Source: Octopus bimaculoides
Lineage: Eukaryota
Length of the DNA: 40,256 nt
Assembly: GCF_001194135.2 (NCBI RefSeq)
Contig: NC_068983.1
Location: forward strand, 58,572,079 to 58,612,334
Direction of reading: 5' to 3'
Shown here: one piece after another, positions 33,558 through 40,256 of the stretch
How positions within the stretch are numbered: the first letter of the stretch is position 1
How the letters are laid out: each line of letters begins with the position of its first letter
Translations under genes and position numbers: made by a program
Notes under the pieces: model-generated
What the model saw: the letters and a program-made list of their open reading frames with translations, nothing else
What the model was told of the DNA's origin: nothing
The model's database searches: none

Positions 33558-33778
33558 TGTCTGGTCTAGATTGTTAATCTGGTTTTCATAGTTATTCTGG
33601 TCTATATCGTTAGTCTGGTCTATATAGTTTTAGTCTAGTTTTTATAGTTATTCTTGTCTATATCGTAAGTGGTCTTTATAGTTAGTCTGGTTTATATAGT
33701 TAATCGGGTCTATATAGTTAGTTTGGTATATATAGTTAACCTGGTCTATATTGTTAATCTGGTCCATACAGTTAAGTC
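33558..33778. repeat. 18-bp minisatellite (tctggtctatatagtta(a/g))n, about 12 degenerate units
   Basis: Seen directly. Confidence 0.85.
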
Positions 33779-33994
33779 AATGTCTATCTCCGCATAGTTA
33801 TACTCATGTCTGTATTGTGCAGTTACATAAATATTTGACCGTTGTCTATATAGTTATTACTTGGGGATATAAAGTTATTCCTCAGTCATAGAGTATTTCC
33901 ACTATATGTATGTTTATACAGATGTTTCAGTGTTAATTATATCTAATTAACACTCTACCTCGCTATCTACCTTGTTGATTGATCCTAGTATATT

Positions 33995-34300
33995 TTATTG
34001 AATTACTACCGAATATTTTAGAAGACAACAAGTTTATTGTCCATGTAGTAAGCTACGAAATTCTTAGATTCTCTTGATTCCTGTAATTGAGACTGCGTCA
34101 GGGTTCCAGCAGACAAAATGGAAAAGGTATTGTTCCAGAGGATGGCAAGGAAGATGTGCTGGAACAGCCCCTCTGACCCACGGGGCTCGCACTTGTGGAT
34201 AACCATCTCCGCTCTGAGAGCAGTGAACAGGTATATGGTCTGAGGGCTGAGACCGCCGGAGGCCTCCACTGCCACAGGCACGACCCTAAATGTGTCTATC
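33995..34300 (-). mobile_element. CRE-like RLE non-LTR retrotransposon 3' end
   Basis: FRVVPVAVEASGGLSPQTIYLFTALRAEMVIHKCEPRGSEGLFQHIFLAILWNNTFSILSAGT resembles the CRE-clade terminal pattern FxPxAxExxGxxxP...F...G...TGDPR...LxQRISxAIQRGNAxxVLGT. An AATAAA follows the stop. Confidence 0.72.
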
Positions 34301-34430
34301 TAGTTATTCTGCTATCAATCTACTTAGCTACACCAATATCTATCTACCTAAATATACCATTGTATATCTGTCTATCCAGTTATTTTGTGCATCTTGTTAT
34401 TTTTACTGTGTTATTGATGTATACACACAC

Positions 34431-34469
<39 letters not shown>

Positions 34470-34614
34470 TTAATTGAGAGACAGTCACTTGCTACTCTGA
34501 GTTTCATCTGTGGGTGCACAGGATCTTCAGACAAATTATGACTTGTAAGTTGCCTGAAGACTCTAATTTTACATTAAACTGAAGGATTATTCAATACCTT
34601 TTGTAGAGTATGTA

Positions 34615-34745
34615 TTATTCCTTTTCAAGAATAGTGTTGACAGTGAATTCGAAGTTTCAGCCGGCTTAGCTTTCATTGGACTGATGAAGGCTAAGCAGGT
34701 CAGAACTTCAAAGACAGTGCTGACACTATTTTTGTGAAAGAATAA
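34615..34745 (+). other. Imperfect ~62-bp-stem inverted repeat (RNA hairpin candidate)
   Basis: The 50-nt core arms (34627-34676 vs 34684-34733) match at 36/50 positions, with 6 more G-U pairs on the + transcript. Loop 34677-34683. The outer 12 bp match 9/12. Confidence 0.8.
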
Positions 34746-35329
34746 CACACACACACATACACACACACCAATATATAGACACACACACACACACGCACAT
34801 GCACACACCCTTATATAATTACACTGTCCATCTATACAGTTAATGCAGTATGTAGATCTAGTTATTCTACTTTCTGCCCACATCTAGTTATACAACTGAA
34901 TGTCTGCCTCTTTCTCTAATTATATTATCTATCCTTATATCAATTTATTCCACAATCTAGTTTTTTTATTTTTTTTTATTCTGTCTGTATATCTAGTTAT
35001 TGAACTTTCTATGTCTCTATCTTCCTATCCAGTTATTTCATTGTCTGTTAACCTATCATGTTATCCCAATGTGTATGTATGTGTGTATCTCTGTTTATTC
35101 TACCATTTGTTTATCTGTCTAATTATTCCAGTTTCTGTCTATCCATTTAGCTTTCTTTTTTGCCAATACCTATATCTATCTAATCATATTTCTGACTATC
35201 TATCGATCTATTTTTTCCATAAATCTAGTTATTTCAGCATTTATCTATCTAACTAGTTATTCTACTATGTGCCTATATGTCTATTTTGTTACTTATTCCA
35301 ATATCTATCTATTTTGTTATTCTACTACC

Positions 35330-36180
35330 TTTCATCTATCTAGTTATTCCAGTGTCTGTCTAACTTTATTCCAGTATCTGTCAATATGTCTATTTATTTA
35401 GTTATTCCAGCATCTATCTATCTAGTCAATCGACTACCTGTTCATCTAACCAGTTATTCCAATGTCTGTCTATATGTCTAGCATGTTATTCCAGCATCTA
35501 TCTACCTAGTTATTCCCTTGCCTGTTCAGTAATCTAGTCTTTCAAGTATCTGTCTATATGTCTAACTATGTAGTCATTCCAGCAGCTATCTTTCTAGTTA
35601 TTCCAGTGTCTGTCTATATGTCTATCATGTTATTCCAGCATCCATCCATCTAGTTATTCCATTACCTGTTTTTAATCTAGTTATTCCAATATCTGTCTAC
35701 ATGTCTATATATTTAGTTATTCCAACATCTGTCTTTCTAGTTATTCCAGTGTTTGTCTATACGTCTATCTATCAATTTATTCCAGCATCTATCTATCTAG
35801 TTATTCTCTTGCCTGTTTCTTAATCTAGTTATTCCAATATCTGTCAATATGTCTATGTATTTAGTTATTCCAGCATCTGTCTATCTAGTTATTCTACTGC
35901 CTGTTCTCCTAACTAATTACCCCCGTATCTGTGCATATGTCTATCTGCTTCATTATTCAGCATCCATCTATCTAGCTATCCCTACACCTGCTCATCTCTC
36001 TAGTTATTTTAATCTGTCTTTTTAGTTTCTTCAATATCTGTTTTCTAGTTTTCTATCAATCTAATTATTTTAGTATTTGTCTATGTACCTATACTATCTA
36101 TCTATTTCACTATACGTCTACCTGTAGATCTAGTTATTCCATTACCCATTTAACTATAAATTTAGTTATTCCACTACTAG
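35330..36180. repeat. TAGTTATTCC-anchored minisatellite with a ~145-bp higher-order unit
   Basis: Subunits of ~24, 27 and 36 bp all start tagttattcc. The same subunit type recurs at 35507, 35651 and 35798 (spacing 144 and 147). Confidence 0.85.
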
Positions 36181-36231
36181 TGTATCTATATAGGTCTACT
36201 TATTTCACTGCTTGTTTGTTTATAGATAGAT

Positions 36232-36376
36232 CAATCATAGGCAAACTGCAGTCTACAGGACTTTCTGAATGGCATGATTAATGAAAAATTACCTTGTAAT
36301 TTTTAGTAGTGTAGTCCATCTGGTGACGAGCCATGTCTTATGTAGCCCATTTCTCAAAAAGGTTTGTCCATGCCTG
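36232..36376. mobile_element. Short hAT (Charlie-like) MITE
   Basis: TIRs caatcataggcaaac / gtttgtccatgcctg. Flanks agatagat / atctagat match 6 of 8 and fit the NTCTAGAN target type known for Charlie-group hATs. Confidence 0.68.
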
Positions 36377-36437
36377 ATCTAGATATTCCACTATCCTGCC
36401 TGTATATAAATCTCCTTGTTCCATTTATTCTTGGACA

Positions 36438-36571
36438 GGTGCAAATGTGGTTGTGTGGTAAGAAGTTTGCTTCCCAACTACATGGTTCCAGGTTCAGTCC
36501 CACTGTGTGACACTTGTATCACACTTTGGGCAAATGTCTTCTACTCTAACCTCGGGCCAGCCAAAGCTTTA
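36438..36571 (+). mobile_element. SINE family B 5' half
   Basis: ggtgcaaatgtggttgtgtggtaagaagtttgcttcccaactacatggttccaggttcagtcccactg...ttgggcaaatgtcttctac. Confidence 0.88.
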
Positions 36572-36671
36572 GTTGCGTTTGGAAAGGAGGACATGGTGCA
36601 TTGGTTCCTATTTCCAGCAGTCCTGTTTATGATGGAGGAATTTATATAAAAAGATATTTCGTGAGCATTGT

Positions 36672-36708
<37 letters not shown>

Positions 36709-36788
36709 TCCCGACTTCTATAACCTGCGATGAGATACTCCGTTATTGTGTGCGTGTGTGTATACATACATATATGTATGTATATATA

Positions 36789-36836
<48 letters not shown>

Positions 36837-38451
36837 CATACACATATCTTGGTACACGATTGTCTCTCTGATCAATAACTTCACTGTCTGTCCATTTATC
36901 TAGTTAGTCCACAGTCCTTCAATGTACATAGTTATACCCATGTCTCAATATCAAGATATTCAACTACACTTCTGTCTCATCGCAACGTCTTGTTATCCTG
37001 GTGTGTGTGTGTGTGTGTGTGTGTATGTATCTCGTTATACCCTTGTCTGTCTATATTTCTAGTTATTTCACAATCTAATTAATTCAATTATTTCACTATC
37101 TAATTATTTCACTATCTGTCTAAGTTATTCTATTGTCTGACTGTACATTTATATATTTAGTTATTCCACAGTCTCTCTAATTAATTTCTTCACTGTCTGA
37201 CCTTATATCCAGCTATTTCACTATTTGTCTACCTTGTTATTCTCTCCTCTGTCTGTCTGTCTGTCTGTCGGTCAATCTCTGTCTTCTCTCTCTCTCTGAC
37301 AATTTGTCCCTCTCTCTTTCTGTCTCATTCTGTCTCTTTGTCACTCTCTGTCTCTCTCTCTCTGCATCAATATTGCCTGTTATTTTTCTCTCTGTCTTTG
37401 TTCTGTCTGTCTGCATCTTTCTCTCTCTGTGTAAATATTTATTTTATTCTCTCTCTCTCTCTTTTTGTCCAGCCTGTCTCTGTTTCTCTATCTAGTTACT
37501 TTGCTCTCTCTCTGTGTCTCTGACCCCCCCTCTCTCTCTGTATTTACTTTTCCGTCTGTGTATCTATCTACTTATACCTCTGCTTGTCTCTCTGTCTATT
37601 TCACCATTTGCCTATCTAGTTAGTCTACTCTCTCTTTCTCTCTCCTCCATTCTTTGTATTAAGTTATTCTACTGTATATCTATCTCCATGTACCACTAAA
37701 TCTCTCTCTGTCTCTCCAATTATTTCACCTCTCTTTATCCAACCTGGTAATCCACCACCTGTCCTTCTATCTAGTCGCTTAAGTATTTCTCTGTCTAACT
37801 AGGTACTCCAGTGACACCTGTATGTCTCAGGTTCCTCTATCTGTCCACCTACCTACTTATATCACTTGGTTTACCTGTTTCGATACAGATGATTTGGCAT
37901 GGCTGACTGGAAATTCAGCCTGTTTTCCTGACAGTGCTTTTTGGCACTGGAGGCACACACACACACACACACACACACACAGGCATGCATGCACACGCAC
38001 GCGCACGCACATCCACGCACGGGCATATACACATGCAGAAAGATCAAGTCAGTGAGACAGATGGAGAGAGACGTTACAGTTTATTACTTGAACACTGTCC
38101 TCATACACATAAAGAGAAATCTGCTTATACACACACACACAGAGTTGGAGAGAGGGGGAGAGGGAGAGGGAGAGGGAGAGAAACTTTAAAACGTCTGATG
38201 TCAAATAAGTCAGAGTGGAATCAGTGATGCCGGATAGGCAGTATCAAAATGACTGCGTCAAAACGTCTTATATCTTTATTTCAGTGTTTCTGTTTAATTA
38301 TTCCAGTGTCTCTCTGTCTCTCCTTGTCCAGTTGTCCCGAATATTTGTTCTTCTGTCTAGTTATTTCAATATCTACCACTGACCACTTGGACAGACATTA
38401 GACATTACACCATCTACATACAGGCGGACACACATTGACAGACACTATATA

Positions 38452-38791
38452 GGCGCAGGTGTGACTACGTGAATAGCCGCAGGCCAGCTTCCTAACCACA
38501 TGGTTCCAAGTTCAGTCCCACTGCGTGGAACCTTGGGCAAGTATCTTCTGCTATAACCTCGTGTCGACCAAAGCCTTGTGAGTGGATTTTGTAGACGGAA
38601 ACTGAAAGAAGCCCGTCGTATACATATGTGTGTGTGTGTTTGTCCCATCACCACTACTTAACAACCTTTGTTGGTGTGTTTGCGTCCCCGTAAATTAGCG
38701 GTTCGGCAAAATACCTCGATAGAATAAATAACAGGCTTAAAATAAACTAAGTACTGGGGTCGATTCATTCGACAAAAAATTTAAGGCGGTG
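38452..38791 (+). mobile_element. SINE family B, CpG-rich copy lacking the distal tail
   Basis: ggcgcagg...aaccacatggttccaagttcagtcccactgcgtggaaccttgggcaag...gtgagtggattttgtagacggaaactgaaagaagcccgtcg...gtccccgtaaattagcggttcggc...gtactggggtcgattcattcgac. Confidence 0.92.
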
Positions 38792-39613
38792 ACTTTTTAA
38801 TACAAGATTTTTTTTTTGAGTGAAATTTGGCTGCCATTTTTAGCAGGTTATTAGACAATATAATGAGTCCCTCATATTAATTACTTTTTTCTTTTCTTTT
38901 TCTTTTTATCCATTTTCTTCACAAAATGTTACANNNNNNNNNNNNNNNNNNNNNNNNNNNNNNNNNNNNNNNNNNNNNNNNNNNNNNNNNNNNNNNNNNN
39001 NNNNNNNNNNNNNNNNNNNNNNNNNNNNNNNNNNNNNNNNNNNNNNNNNNNNNNNNNNNNNNNNNNNNNNNNNNNNNNNNNNNNNNNNNNNNNNNNNNNN
39101 NNNNNNNNNNNNNNNNNNNNNNNNNNNNNNNNNNNNNNNNNNNNNNNNNNNNNNNNNNNNNNNNNNNNNNNNNNNNNNNNNNNNNNNNNNNNNNNNNNNN
39201 NNNNNNNNNNNNNNNNNNNNNNNNNNNNNNNNNNNNNNNNNNNNNNNNNNNNNNNNNNNNNNNNNNNNNNNNNNNNNNNNNNNNNNNNNNNNNNNNNNNN
39301 NNNNNNNNNNNNNNNNNNNNNNNNNNNNNNNNNNNNNNNNNNNNNNNNNNNNNNNNNNNNNNNNNNNNNNNNNNNNNNNNNNNNNNNNNNNNNNNNNNNN
39401 NNNNNNNNNNNNNNNNNNNNNNNNNNNNNNNNNNNNNNNNNNNNNNNNNNNNNNNNNNNNNNNNNNNNNNNNNNNNNNNNNNNNNNNNNNNNNNNNNNNN
39501 NNNNNNNNNNNNNNNNNNNNNNNNNNNNNNNNNNNNNNNNNNNNNNNNNNNNNNNNNNNNNNNNNNNNNNNNNNNNNNNNNNNNNNNNNNNNNNNNNNNN
39601 NNNNNNNNNNNNN

Positions 39614-39651
<38 letters not shown>

Positions 39652-39882
39652 GGTGCAAGTTGTTTTGTTGGTTTAGCTTTACGAATTAATTTTTCACTAA
39701 ATTTTGTTTACATGCCGAGTCGAACGTGCAGTTTTGTTGATGAATGCACCAAAATTGCCTTGACCCTGAGCCAACACCTGATGAAAATGTATGAATTTGT
39801 TTGCATTTTCTATTATTTTTTTACCTGTTGTCCCTGCTTAATTCTCTCTCTCTTTCCTCTCTTACACACATATACATTTATA

Positions 39883-39944
<62 letters not shown>

Positions 39945-39977
39945 CATACATACATACATACATACATACATACACTG

Positions 39978-40180
39978 TATGAGGGATGTGCTGAAAAGTT
40001 CCTGGCTTTAAGGGTGTCGCGAAAGGCCTAGCTGGAGGCCCATCCATCCGAGTTCCTTTACAGGGCTTCAAAAAACTGAAGGGCCGCTGCAATAAGTGTG
40101 TGAATCTGAGAGGGGAATGCGTTCAATAAAATCATATTTTCTTCTACCCTAAGCCAAGAACTTTTCAGCACCTCCTCGTA
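39978..40180 (+). mobile_element. Mariner-derived MITE, family 2 (younger copy)
   Basis: TA-flanked ~30-bp TIRs (gtgctgaaaagttcctggcttta / taagccaagaacttttcagcac). The interior encodes LQGFKKLKGRCNKCVNLRGECVQ*, the mariner transposase C-terminus (GIxKLxxRWxKCxxxxGxYVE type). Confidence 0.9.
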
Positions 40181-40256
40181 TGTATGTATGTATGTATGTA
40201 TGTATGTATGTATGTATGTATGCATGTATATATATATATGTGTGTGTGTGTGTGTA

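Noticed and set aside
34567-34737. Open frame DYSIPFVEYVLFLFKNSVDSEFEVSAGLAFIGLMKAKQ with CAG|gtcaga
   Set aside because: A similar peptide is read on the opposite strand because the region is a palindrome. The hairpin, not coding, is the supported feature.
22705-36180. Regularly spaced short repeats (28-bp and TAGTTATTCC arrays) considered as CRISPR-like arrays
   Set aside because: The sequences between repeated words are themselves homologous rather than unique spacers, there are no cas genes, and the context is eukaryotic.
39640-39860. Open frame SFVDECTKIALTLSQHLMKMYEF with a possible gtatga donor
   Set aside because: No polypyrimidine acceptor and no recognisable homology; insufficient to call an exon.

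Overview
This is eukaryotic, non-coding, repeat-saturated DNA. It is AT-rich, with about 5.8 kb of assembly gaps that mostly abut microsatellites. The SINE families, RTE LINEs and dense (TA)/(CA)/(CATA) tracts resemble an Octopus genome; this is recognition from memory, not a database result. No host protein-coding gene can be confidently identified, and nearly all ORFs in the supplied track are microsatellite or N-run artefacts. Well-supported elements are: RTE LINE fragments, including a stop-free RT piece at 1-340 that the ORF track misses; a decayed mariner transposase; two families of mariner-derived MITEs; hAT-type MITEs, one with a perfect 8-bp TSD; a piggyBac-like MITE with a TTAG TSD; a Helentron-type non-autonomous element; three 3' ends of R4/Dong-like and one of a CRE-like restriction-endonuclease retrotransposon; many tRNA-type SINE copies; and three local minisatellites, two with higher-order structure. 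The best leads for unexplained biology are: a 131-nt imperfect hairpin (34615-34745); RFX X-box motifs inside mariner MITE terminal repeats; a CpG-retaining candidate promoter with CCAAT and X-box motifs (~29.3 kb) upstream of a candidate ATG exon (30658-30690); a candidate 13-nt micro-exon (22424-22436); and an apparent left-to-right change in CpG decay of repeats that may mark a methylation-domain boundary. I found no evidence for a complete novel multi-gene system. All gene and regulatory calls are tentative.
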